Both the position numbers and the translations under genes were made by a program. Below, one piece after another: positions 26,001 through 38,027 of a stretch of DNA of 64,000 bases. The notes below the pieces were generated by a model, which saw only the letters and a program-made list of their open reading frames with translations, made no database searches and was not told where the DNA came from. Positions within the stretch are counted from its first letter, which is position 1. Every line of letters starts with the position of its first letter. Source of the DNA: Balanoglossus misakiensis (lineage: Eukaryota; Animalia; Hemichordata); the NCBI GenBank assembly GCA_040954595.2, contig CM082580.2, forward strand, positions 7,232,390 to 7,296,389, in the 5' to 3' direction.

Positions 26001-29000
26001 TCTTGTCTTCAAAGGCGAAGAAACCGACTTTGTGGCCTTGTTCTTTTTGGGGCTGTATTTCTTGATGTCGTCCTGGCTCAGTCGCTTCAGTTTCAGAACG
26101 GGCTCGGCCATCAGTTTCTGGCTGTCACCTGACCCCGGAACGACGCCGGTACTCTCCTTGGGATGAGTCCGCGTTCTTCTCTCTTCCGCCTGTGAGTCAG
26201 CCACTGCCATAATGTCAGGCTTGCGGTCGAAATCCAGCTCCGACTCGGCGCCGAAATCCATCGACTGGGTTTCGGGTACCAGGCTGATAACGTGGCCCCC
26301 GGCTGACTCCTCCATTGCAGCATCACCCATGTCTTCAGACGCCGGCTTCTCAGAAGTGTCCGTCACCTCGATGCTGGTGCCTTCTGTCTTGATTTTGTCC
26401 TCTCTGACCAAAACCCCAAGGCTACGTCTCCTGTTTACGGAGGACACGGTGTTCTCCTTGGGCGGAGTGCCGGCGATGACATCTTCGCTTGTGGTGTTCA
26501 GCCCCACGGCGTCCTCGTACTTCTCGGACTCCTCGGTGGTAGAAATATCCATTTCCTCCACAGAGTCTATACCCACGCTGTCTGCGACCCCTTCTTCTCC
26601 CAACTTCTGATTTCCACACTCCTGCACGGCACAATCCCCATCAGCTTCGTTCTTGTCAACATCGACCCTGTCCTCCTCGCTGGTGATTTTTCCTCCCGGC
26701 TTCTCTCGATCACCTCCGTCGACTTCACTCGACTTCACAGACACACCCATCGCGGACATCACCGGATCAGGCTGGATGTGCTTCTTCGCATCTTTAACAG
26801 CCGTCTCACCATCACCACTACCATCATCATCATCGTCGTAATCCCTGACATCAGAAAACAGCTGGAAATGATTCACATTCGGATAGTCCTCCTCCTTTCC
26901 AGCCCTCTTCTCGTCTGTGCTTTCACTTTGTCCACAGATGCTGTCAACGTCACTCTTCGCTTCCTCTATCAGTCCAGAAAAACTGACTCTCTTGACTTCC
27001 TTCCTCCCGAGATCGGACAGAGCATCTTCGAAGACTTCTTGGTCTTCGTCGGACGAAAGCTCAACATCTTCACTCGGTGGCGCTACATCACCCTTTTCAT
27101 CATCTTTGTCAGGTTTCTGGTTACACTGTTCGGGCTCTTCCCCTAAAGAAATCTGGGAACTAAGAAACAAACACAGAAACAAAATCAATATATTGGCTCC
27201 AATACATGAGCGAGACCAGGCTTCAGCAAGCAGATACAGGTTGTGGGGCGTACATTAGCATTCATTCATGCAAAGAATACTGAATATTGTGCAAGTATTA
27301 TAATGTGTTTTGCAATGGAACTAATATTTTAACCCCCAGTTGCCTCTGTAGAAGTCCAACTTTACCACAGAAAACACATACCAACCTAATGTGGTGAATT
27401 GATTCAGCAAATGCCATAATCTGAAACAAGTTTTAGGGAGTTTCATTCCCTTGGGTAAACAGCCGTATGCTGTTGCCCTGCTCACCAGTCATTACATGTT
27501 GGTGTTAGTGGTTAGTGCATAATGACTTACTCTTGGACACTCTGGCTGGCCATCAACTCCGCCATCAGATTTGTATCCTGCGAGGCGTCCAGGTCGTTGT
27601 ACATGGCGGGTACCACTGAGCGATTCCGCAACACTTCCTTCTGGTGTTCCGTCAACACGCGTTTCTTCTTTGGCGAGGGTGCGATTTTCACAAACTCCTT
27701 CGGAGGAACAGAACATTCAGAACATTAGCAGATTCAGACTTGTATTAAGCCTTTGAAAGCCAACAGGGGGAACTGGTTCGGCTGAAGTCAACTACATGAT
27801 TGCAGAGGGCATGAAACGTGTAGTTACCTTCGTCTCATCTTTCCACAGCAGATGGGAAATCATGGCATAATGGCCTTTCGTAAAGCAGTCATTTGACAAA
27901 CAGCCACATTTAGAGAAACACAACATCCCTCAATAGAGAAATAAACCTACCATGCTGTCCTCGTCAATAGACAAGGGTAACTTCCTCCTGGCTGTCGCAC
28001 TCAAGGGAGAAGCGAACCCTTTCTGCGCTTTACTCCGGGTCGATGGAGACACCGTGCTTTTCGGAGAGGCCACTGCCGTCGGGGTCTTCCTCAGGAAACT
28101 GCCATGCATCTTCTGCGGCGATGGCCGACCGAAATTCGGAACACCCTGAAGCATCGGTGGGGCTGGCGGAGCCATGGTTTGAGATGCTTCAGTCTGGAAA
28201 ATGTGAAAACCACATTTTTGAAAAAATGTCAGTTAAAGTGATCAAGTCTCTCTCGCTGCCCTTTTTCCATTAATTATGTTTGATACAAGACACCGTTTAT
28301 GTTAATGTACATGTGTATATTTAGTGAATGAACGTTCAACCACACACAACTTCCATCCCACTTGTATCATATGATATGAGAGTTAGAAAAGTTCATTGGT
28401 ACAGATTTCTAATAACGAGGCTGACTTACATCGGTCGCAAGACTAAACGGCGTCTCCTCAACTGTCTGAATGTCACTGTCTTCAAAGCCTGGCAGAACGA
28501 TTGGGGTCTTCTTCTTCAGTTTCTGTAAGCACAACCTGAAAAGAGATCCAGATTCAGATGCGGTGCTCGTACGACTCGAGACGTTAAATATGGCCACCAC
28601 AGAAACATTAGCATTTGCCGATGGAATATCAGCGTTTGACCTATGGACCAAACATGGCTCTCACAAAACATATTTCAAACCTGTAACCGTATTTACAGTT
28701 CTGTCAAAGGCTGGAAACTTCACTGGACAGACTTTGTTCATGTAGAATCCTTTCTGCCATTCATTAGAGAAGAGCTCACGTATTCGTCACCAACACTTAC
28801 TTCAAACACTCTGGGTAATCGAGGTGTTCGGCGTTGGCAAAAGTTGCGTTCCAAAACACGAGCGACCGGTTCTTCAGCGACCTCTTCGGGTGGTGGAGCG
28901 TGGCCTCCAAGAGCGGCGACACGATGCGCAAGAAGCCGGTGTCGTAGGGGCGTTTGTAGCGGCTCTCGACAGCCGTCAGGATGTCGGTCAACAGCTTCTG

Positions 29001-32000
29001 CAGCTTCTGGTTCAAAGGCATCGTGAACAAGCCACCGGGTCCTGGAGATCTGCAGTCCAAATTGTAAAAAAAAACAGAGATGCAGATTATAACATTGCAA
29101 ATGGGCCTGAGTAGTTAACGTCATCTTCCAACACTCTGATTCTGGTTTTATAGCAGAGAAAATGACAAACCCAAAGCATGACAGATTTACAAAAAATATG
29201 AAAACAGTAAAATCTACTCACGTGGCTGATGCCGCAAACAGATTTGCGATTGGTTCTGCAAGCTTGCTCAGGATATCAGATATCACGGTTGCTATGGAGA
29301 TGTGGGCAAACATCATGGATAGTAAAGTCATCATGCCACTGACCCCTGAAGACCAAGGCTGTGTGTTCTCCTCTGATGATTTCTGTGAAGAGAGCAGTTG
29401 AAGATGTTTTTGTGAATTCACACTGGTCATGTTAACTACCTTTTGCAAGGTGGTTATCCTTCTCTTTATCATCATCATCATCATCATCATCATCACCATA
29501 AAAACAAGGAATTTACTAATCACCTTGGTTACAAGCCCAGCAAATGACATGGTCTTGGTGCTGGTGAACTGACACAGAGAACGGAGCAGGTTGCCTAGCA
29601 ACTTTGTCACCGACGTCAGGTTTCCAAGTGGTCTATGTCCCTTCCTATTCAGCTTGGCAGGACTCATTAATGCTGCAATCAAAACACAATATACTTGTGT
29701 ATTAGAGGAATATTTTGTTTCGGCATGTTTTAAGCCCGAAGGGGAACTTCTTATGTCAGTGATAAAGCCAGTGTAGTAGCTGAGGTTACTCGAAATTTCA
29801 ACGATGTCCCCAAATGACTTACCACCATCATTCGCAGCCTGCTGCATCGAAAATTGAGAGAAGTCCATGGCGTTGATCATGACGCTGCAGATTTGGACAA
29901 GTGCATCGACAATATTCATATCCTGAAAAATGAGCAAAATGAAGAAGTTCTGACATTTCGTCCTGATCTGAAAACGTGCCAAATTTCGAAGAAAAAGCAG
30001 AATATTCTCAATTAAGGGATTAGGGACCGTGGCACTAACCATCAACGCGTCCTCGTCCACGATGTTCAGAATTCTCTGGCTGAGATCCTCGCAGCACAAA
30101 TTGGCTTCGGCCGTGGTGACCAGAGCGGCACATCTGGCGAACGTACGGTACAGCTCCGACCACGTCTTCAGTAAAGTTTTCATTGTCCCCTGAGGTGTTT
30201 AGGAAAGAGCCAGAAAACCCCATGGATGAGTTCGACACATTGGAAACTATCTAAATTGAACACTGTATGCACTGAAAATGTTGAGTTCAAAATTCAAAGG
30301 TCATGAACTCTCTTAACCAAGCATAATTCCATGGCTTGGGTGTATAAAATAAAGCCATCTCAAAATAAATCAACTTTCGAAAAACAGTAGGTTCATGTAC
30401 ATGATTCTGTTGACAAAGACGGCAGCTTGCACAAAATCACATACACCTTCACGCTTACCTGAGCTATATTATATGTAAATATTCTGTTGACAGGCAGTGT
30501 CAGCGCTGCATACATTGTGCTGAAATCATGCTCCAACGAATCTCCCTGGTTCACCTCGTTATTCTGAAGAAGAAAAAAGATCAAATAGTTTAAAACAGGC
30601 TTTCAATAAACTGTCTAAAACAATTCTTAAACTACTGAACTTCCACACATCATTTCTGGAATCGGGCAATGAATCTCTCTGCGTACGACCGGTAACAAAC
30701 CTGTATGACGTGGCGCAGAAGCAAATTGACCACCGTGCTCCAGATGCGCCACACCATCTCCTTGTTGTCGATGGCAACGGCCGCTTCGTCCAGCATCTCC
30801 AAGATGGACTGGGCAAACCGCAGCACCGAGGTCGGGTTGTTGATGCCACACTCCACCAGTCGGTCCATGATGCAGAAGTACCTGAGAGGAGACGAGGAGA
30901 CAGACGCATGATGATCTTTATTGAGTCTCATTATGGATAATCAACCCTTTCACCACAATGGTTCAGTCCACACCTGTTGTTTTCTATGGTAAGGTTGGAC
31001 CTCTAGAGGGAACTGGGGGTGACAGTGTTAATTAATGCCAACAGACGGTGAAATGCCTGATCACCTTGTCAAGATGAAACAGCACTACATATTTGCTGTT
31101 TATATATACTGGGAGAATTGTCCATCCTTGAGACTCACCTTTCCTCATGGATCACATCCAACATGCTGTGATGGAACAACTGCTGGATCAAGTACAATGC
31201 CGGTGTGCCCTGCAAAGAATGCAACAGTAAATGAAACACTAATTAAACATTTTTAGTGTCGACAGGCATGTCTGGTCTCACATATAAACATGCATCATCA
31301 CATCTGTTCACGTCTCCACAAATAATTTTGATACAAAATCCACCATTCCTTCACCATGACTGGTGACAAAGCTGCCACAGTAGAAGCAATAACGATAACT
31401 CACATGCATGACTTCAGCATTACCGACGTGGTAGGCAGGTGAAGCCAGAGCTTTGTGCGGCAATCTGCTCACAGATTCTAATAATTTCTGAAATAAAATA
31501 CAACAATAAATACATGTGATATTACTGCCTATTTTTTTTAGCCATTTTTGCTCTCACATTTCATACCTTCTTTGGAAAGGCAGTTTCCAAATAAAGGATT
31601 GTGAAAAACATTTGACATCAGAAAACCACTCACATGAATGTAGGTGACCCGGTATAGCAGACTGAGTCGTTCAGAAAACCATACAAGGTTAAAACAGCAA
31701 GTACTTGGACGTATTTATGGTTTGACCCCTTTTACCAGAATGGTTTGATCCACCACGGGGATTCGGGGGAGCTAGGCATGTTTCATCAAAAGATGAGAAT
31801 CTGACTTACCAGTGTAAAGCTGGAAGATAATTTCTCGGAGTTAATGATGGACTGAAGACATGTGAGGTAAAGTGTAAAGATCTCAACCGTGTCTTTCTTT
31901 GGTCCCAAGTCAAGCAATGCTTCCAGGTGAGCTGTTAGACACTGCCATATGTACTGGACGAGCGATTCTGTCAAGGAAGTGACAAGACATGCTAATATAA

Positions 32001-35000
32001 GATCACTCAACATCGTTTTCCATTTAACAGATGATGCATCAAACAATTTCAGAATTGTTATGCTGTAATGAGACAATTCTATATAAATCTGAAGAACAAG
32101 TTTCCAATCTGTGATGACGAAAAGACTGGTCACTGACCTTTGAACTCGCTGCCAATACTACAGAATGCGTCTCTGACCGTGCTGATGAGAATAGCACCGA
32201 CTTTTGTAAATGCTGAACTTGAACTTAACAGCTGATGAGGCAGCGGACCTGAAAAAAAAATCAAATCAAATCGAGATTCTATCAAGGGAGTGGGACTTTT
32301 GACGTGACATGCAGAAAACCGATTCAGTTTAAATTTATGTCATTGTGATTCAAAAATAAGATCTCCCACAGTGTTCTGTTGTGAGCCTTCTTCTTGTTTC
32401 GGGGAAACGTGGGTTTGGACTGAACCATTGTTGTGAAAGGGTTAAATTAACAATCTTGAGAAACACTCACCCACTGTGAACTCCATCTCCAACTTGTTGA
32501 CGGGAATGTTGGCTTCTTGGAGGAAACGAGCCAGGATCTCCATGCCTTTCCGCTGCACTGATTTGTAGGTCGGCTGCGGGGGAGCCTGGCCGGCGTTTCC
32601 CGGCAGATCGATGTGCGGAGTGACCGGACTCCCTCGGAAACCACCACCACCTGTGTGGGGTCAGGGGGAAACACAAGTCAGTATAATCGGTGAAGTTGTG
32701 TTTTGTAAACAGGCCGGCAAGACGAACTAACAGTCGGTCGAAGAAAATAAAATTTGCTCATTAACATCTCAGGCGGCGTCAATTGAATAAACAGTAGCGT
32801 TTTCATCTTTTGACTAATCACTGGCCTTCCATTTTTTGTTTTCATGCGAAATGTGCCAAACGGGTAGACAGGCTTACCACTCCTGTAGATCTGCGGTGTT
32901 GACAAGCGACCGACGGAGGACGAGCCCATCACCGGAGTGCTGGGGCACTGCGCGATGTTCACTGACGTCAACCCGAGGCTGAACTGAAGCAGTGGCACAC
33001 ACACCTGAAAAAAAGCAAGATTGCATAGGATGTTCAAAAGCCAGGATACCGCAGTTAGGGAATAGCCCAAAACAATTCTGGGGGAGGAGTGTGTGTGTGG
33101 TTACAATAGGGTGGTTATATATCACAGTGAGGGAATGGCCCCGAGGTTGGGGGGGGGGGGTTACTATAGGGCAGTCGTTTACTGTTCTTCTTGAAATTTA
33201 ATAACACAGCGTGATACAGGCCTCAACACTCTGACTGCCACACTGTGACCCTCACCACCAAGACACCACCAGAAAATCAGACGCCCACATATCGACGGCA
33301 GATGCCTCCTCTTACCTGGTCAAAATTGTTGGTCAACCTCGTGCCCATCGCCTGGACGAGATGCCACCAGGCGTTGAATTTGGCCAGGGCAATGCTCTCT
33401 TGCTTGGCTGCGGTCACTTTGAACGGCTGAAGAAGCAGCTTCAACCTCTTGTGGTTGCACAGAATATCTGAAAGACACAGTGACAGAAGATGGAGGCTCA
33501 GCTAGGGTCAAAACGACCGCTTGTTTTGCTGTTTTGACCACCACTTCAATTTCCAGATATGTCCAGAAAGCAATTACTTTTCCACAGAGAGAGAGACATT
33601 TCACTTACCCATATCGAGAGCAAAGTTGTCAATCAGATGTTGCCACGCTTGGAACGAAGCACACCTGATCTCCGGCGAGGTGCTCTTGAAGCCCCTCTCA
33701 ACGATGGCCAACAGACTGTTGATGAGACTGCCTCCCTTGTGTAAAGCCTACAGGAGGGGGTAAACATAGAGGAGGGTAAAACACCACAAACGTTACTATA
33801 TTGTCTATGGTAAAAACCTTTTTTTCAGGCAAAGGCCCCGACCCAATCGACATTGAATTTCTCACAAATTAGGTTTGACCCTGTAAAGAGCACCAGTAAA
33901 TCTTTTTCTCATGGTCTGGGTGAACCATTTATTTGACATGTCTGAAATTTGGCAGTTTGCTAGTTTTTGTTTTTTTAATTAGAGTATTTTCATGTTATCT
34001 CATACTTCATGTTATCTCATACATTGGGTATGTACTATTCCTTATCAAAGCTACCATATAACAATTATTGTATATGTTCAGGCCCCTGGAAATAACCATA
34101 CATGCTAGGATGGCAGCGCAAGGCTCTTCTGGCAAACCTACCTTCCCCAGCAAGTCAATAAAATACTGCCAGATGTGAAGGACGTAGAGTTCTTGTCTAC
34201 TCTCAAAGAACTTGGTCATTTCCTGAATGAAGAGCCCCTTCAGGTCCGGCACAAGCGTCTTCACTATTTCCTGCTGGTGGGCCATCAGCGCCGGAAAGCC
34301 CAGCTTCATGGCATGCGCCGCTCTTTCCCGGATTTTATGAGCCGAGTGCAGGAGGAGCGGGTACACCAAGCCGCTCCATCTCAGGGTGTGGGTTTTCATC
34401 GTTTCTGGCAACTGCTCCAGCAACCTGAAATTGCGGGTGGGGAAAATTCGATTCAGTGTGACACGGGTTTGACATGATTTCCAAAATGTTTGCAAAGATT
34501 TGTCTCTGGACATTCAATTTTACCAGCCAATCGATATCACTATATTGATTGAGAGTACTTTACACGGGGGTTCGTGTATTTGACATTCATAATCCTTGGA
34601 CTTCCCAGGACCTCATATGTACTTTTTGTCAGGGAGTTTTTGAGGTCAATTTTTCAGCTTTTTTTCCCAGGAGGATAAAATCTTGAAGAATATACATGTG
34701 CACACACAAATACTTCAAATTTCATATTTGATGGAGTTACATGCTACAGGGAGTACAACAGAAAACAGTGAAGTTGAAAGACTAGAAAAATACAGGAAGT
34801 AATGTTTTCTTTCAAGTACAAGGCGGGCACTCACTTAATTATGGCGTTGATAGATTCATGCTCCACAGCCATCGACTGGTATCTGCCCTCCACAAGAACA
34901 TGCTCTATTGCACAAAGTATGCTGTGAAGCTGTGGGGCAAATGAAATCATCGAGAAAATTCTACTAAGTTACAGAAACTTAGAAATGGTCCAACACTAAG

Positions 35001-36374
35001 CACTACAGCACTGCTAACTAGTACTGCGGTAGTTCAGTAATCACTGACTGTCAATGCACTTAGTTTTTACTTTGCGGCAACTCACCTCACTCTTGATGAC
35101 ATCATCTTGAAAGTTTTGTTTGGCAATGCACCACAGCGCCCTGGTGCAAGTACACTTGTCGGACGTCGCGAGAAGAGTGTTGCATAGAGCTGAAAATTAG
35201 AGAAAATCGGCGTCAGTGTGTCTCCTGATATCGATTGGAACGAAAACAGCCATTTCATCAAGAAGACCCTCTGCAGCAAGACAACACTGAACTATTTTCT
35301 ACGTTTGAACGACTCCCTATTCATTAATTTGAAGACTACCAGAATGTTCCGTTCTACACAAATCGCTGCTCACACCACCTTCCACGGAAGCACGCAAGAC
35401 TTACCTTTCAAAAGTGACGTGGCATCTTTCTGTGAAAAGGCTCTGGAGAAAAAAACAGAAAACAATTTAATGTTTCTGATTTCACTTCTCGTATCTACTG
35501 GGATCTTACAAAATGACAATTCTTTAGACAGCTTACAGCTTGCAGGCCATTTTGTTTCTCATTGATTCTCCCTATACCCAGGAGTCGTAGGTAATCCTGT
35601 CCTGTAAATAGGGCTTTTACCAATCAGACTATGGTGGAAGTATACGACAAAACTCCACAAATTATACGGCCAGAACACCAAAAATACTGCCACGATTTGT
35701 CGTTAACCAACATTTTCAAATAAATATTTTTATTTTCGCAACCCTCTTGCGACGGCTGTTTCTGGTAATACCTTGAGATGTCTTGATGGTGGATACAAAA
35801 TCCCAGCGCCTGGAGAGAGGCCTGGGAAAGCTCTGCACTGCTGGCTATCATATCCCTCTGGTACACAGATACCAGGTTGGTGGTCTTCTGGCAAATTTCC
35901 TTGGACATAACTTCCTTAGCGTCATTTCTAAGACGACTGAGAACAAAAAATAGACAGCAAACACGTTAAGAAGTCATTAACACTTTGAAACCTTATTTTC
36001 AAGAAAACATCAGTGATGTCATAGGTCAAAAGGGTCAAAGTTAAAACACTGTGTGATGTAATATAAGCACATTATCAGTGATCAAAGCACAAGCTTGCTC
36101 AATTACCAGCTTATGCATATTCATTAAATTCATCTATGCCAGAAATCGCGTCCCATGTACAGGCAGCTGTGAATACACACACCAGGTATCAAGTTCACAG
36201 GATCCCTTGGCTTCAAGTAAAACAATGACTTCTGAGAATGATTCCCCACTTGACTTACTCTGTGAGTGTTAGATATGCATCCACTCTGTCATCCACCACT
36301 GACTTGTCATCTTCCAGAGTTTCCAGCAAGGGTGATAGGCCGCTGCTGAAACTGCCTTCAACTGTCACCATCAT
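20037..36374 (-). CDS. RIF1: Telomere-associated / replication-timing protein RIF1. About 32 coding exons. ATG at 36374, large exon 27159-23580, last exon 20536-20037
   Basis: HEAT-region exons (RVDAYLTL, TRALWCIAKQ, AWQHLIDNFAL), conserved LTEHQKEVLR...PAMYNDLDASQDT (27698-27531), GILKRK plus RRVSF PP1-docking motifs, VYPELNDC..PQLTSS, SRGLGQLVRARKIHTVGNL and LPIRSPKV, all matching vertebrate RIF1. Confidence 0.95.
20562..20800. repeat. Degenerate ~127-bp tandem duplication in the last RIF1 intron
   Basis: Two units GAGGTCAAA(A)GGTCA..AGAC.GGCAA..AGGTTACAGA.TCCTAA..CAGGGA.GCTTTGACT..TCTGGGG.ATGGGG starting at about 20562 and 20689. Confidence 0.75.
22860..22922. repeat. (GAT/GGT)n microsatellite in a RIF1 intron
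   Basis: Seen directly. It produces the spurious poly-His ORF 22622-23185. Confidence 0.9.
23410..23510. mobile_element. Degenerate relative of the 12495 MITE
   Basis: CTTCTCC...AACCTAGATAAGGAGTCTGGTCATACTCCTCAGCT...ATAATCTCTGAGTGGAGAATG aligns by eye with the 12495 element. Confidence 0.5.
30941..31031 (-). mobile_element. ~90-bp TTAA/piggyBac-type MITE, copy 2 (reverse orientation)
   Basis: TCAACCCTTTCACCACAATGGTTCAGTCCA...GGAACTGGGGGTGACAGTGTTAA is the reverse complement of the 58455 copy. Confidence 0.7.
31721..31770 (-). mobile_element. Truncated, degenerate copy of the TTAA MITE
   Basis: TTTGACCCCTTTTACCAGAATGGTTTGATCCA resembles the end of copy 2. Confidence 0.35.
32401..32445 (+). 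mobile_element. Half copy of the TTAA MITE
   Basis: GGGTTTGGACTGAACCATTGTTGTGAAAGGGTTAA, nearly identical to the 3' half of the 58455 copy. Confidence 0.65.
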
Positions 36375-36899
36375 TTTGAAGACCGGCACTACCAATCGCT
36401 CAGGTCTGAAGGTGATCAGACCAGGGATTGACGATAATTAGCCAATTACCCAGTAGCACTCATTCAAATGCCTAGGGGGGAAACGAGAAAAGGTTATTTT
36501 ACTAGTTCAAGTAGTTGTAGGCGGGGTTCGTGTTGTTATGATGAATGTCCCACTCCCATCCCAGGGCTTCCTGACAAAACAAAGGATGTGCCCATTGAGA
36601 TGAAGCACAAGGCTAGTTGGGTTTGACGTACCAAACGTTTCAATTTGATGAAGTTGGCAAAGCATGGAAATTTTCAATACATCAGCAATGTACGTGTATT
36701 ACACAATCAAAGAAAGGTAATAGAGGCCACGCTGATATTGTGATATGTTTCATGTTCAGACAAACTTGCGCATTTCCTTCCTCGCTTCCATCATTCTATA
36801 TTCGTAAATGTAAACTGGTCATGAAACTGCATGCAGTTTCCTATCACACGGTGTAATCGTCGGTTGGAACATTATGATCGTAATGCCAATCTCCACCGA

Positions 36900-37265
36900 A
36901 AACGCGCCAAAAAGTCATGTGGATGTTTACCCTCCAACACCGACGGCCATTTTGTCTTGGTTGACCGATTGAGAGTCGCGGAATCTATGATCCTCCGCGA
37001 CGGTGAAATAGTTTGAACTTGAATGACCTAACAAATACATGGCTTAAATGCACACAACCTGAGATGTTCGACTTACCAAAGTGCTCTAAGTCGCCTCAGG
37101 TAGCCTATTATGAGTATGAAATATAACGAACACTGTATGCACAGTTCACATATACACGTACAATCACAAGCATACCTGCCACAATGACAAGCCTGTGCCT
37201 TTGCAATGCCCGGATTTCGCGCGAAGTGACGTCACGAGATACGCGCGAAAACGTGTTTGGCGCTA
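36900..37265 (-). promoter_or_regulatory. RIF1 promoter / non-coding first exon with clustered E2F sites, a CRE and a YY1-like motif
   Basis: GCGCCAAA (36904), CGGCCATTTT (36944, YY1-like on minus), TTTCGCGCGAA (37215), TGACGTCA (37227), CGCGCGAAAA (37242) and TTTGGCGC (37256). The region is CpG-rich, with a minus-strand donor GTAAAC at about 36931. Confidence 0.55.
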
Positions 37266-38027
37266 TGGACGCTGGGATTTTGGGTCAAAGGTTGTCATTT
37301 GAGGTCACATCCACACCGCGGTTATTTGAGGTCATTTTCCACCTGACCAGCTTCCTAACTCGGTGTAACTGGGCGGATCATTCAAAAGTGTTTTATATGA
37401 GACTGCATCAACATTCTCATGCCGCATGAAACGACACACACACGTCAAACACGTACACACACACACAAGCGATCCCCCAGTGATCCCCACAATCCTAACT
37501 TCGAGTGTGCGCCCCCACCGGCCAAAAATCACACTTGGTCCGACGCGATGCGACGTCTATCTAAAATACGGAGGTCGTTCTAGCCTTAAAAAGTTTAGGA
37601 TGCGGAATTTTAACATGAAACGGGAAATTTTATTTCTCAGATCACGAATAAACACAAAGATATGTTGTGTCGATCCCTGACAATCGGGAATAGCCTTAAT
37701 GGAAGGGCCACTGAGAGACTCCGAGTCAGAATCAATTACGGACTGAGTAGCTGAAGAGTAGGCCTATTGTAAACGCAATTGTATTGATTATACCGTGGCA
37801 TCTTGTAAAACGGGTCATCACTGAACACGAACCTGAAGAAAAACAATCATAGTAACTTTCATTTCGTTCGGAGAACGCGTAAGGGTAAAGGAAAGAAGTC
37901 AGTTATAAATGCGTTTTTATTTTATTGTAAATTACATGAGGCGAAACCTGACATTCACAATTCATCGTTTTCAATCATGGATGCATGCTGCCAGAATAGA
38001 ACTGCTCACGGTCCGGCCTGGTCTCGT

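Noticed and set aside
23585-27258. Many plus-strand ORFs up to 281 aa
   Set aside because: Antisense shadows of the GC-rich large RIF1 exon.
29218-30183. 321-aa ORF taken as a single exon
   Set aside because: It spans four RIF1 exons whose short introns (one with an ATG repeat) happen to be stop-free. Clear GT-AG sites are present.
37705-37775. CTGAGAG/CTGAAGA followed by small hairpins, as a hammerhead candidate
   Set aside because: No GAAA box correctly placed after stem II.
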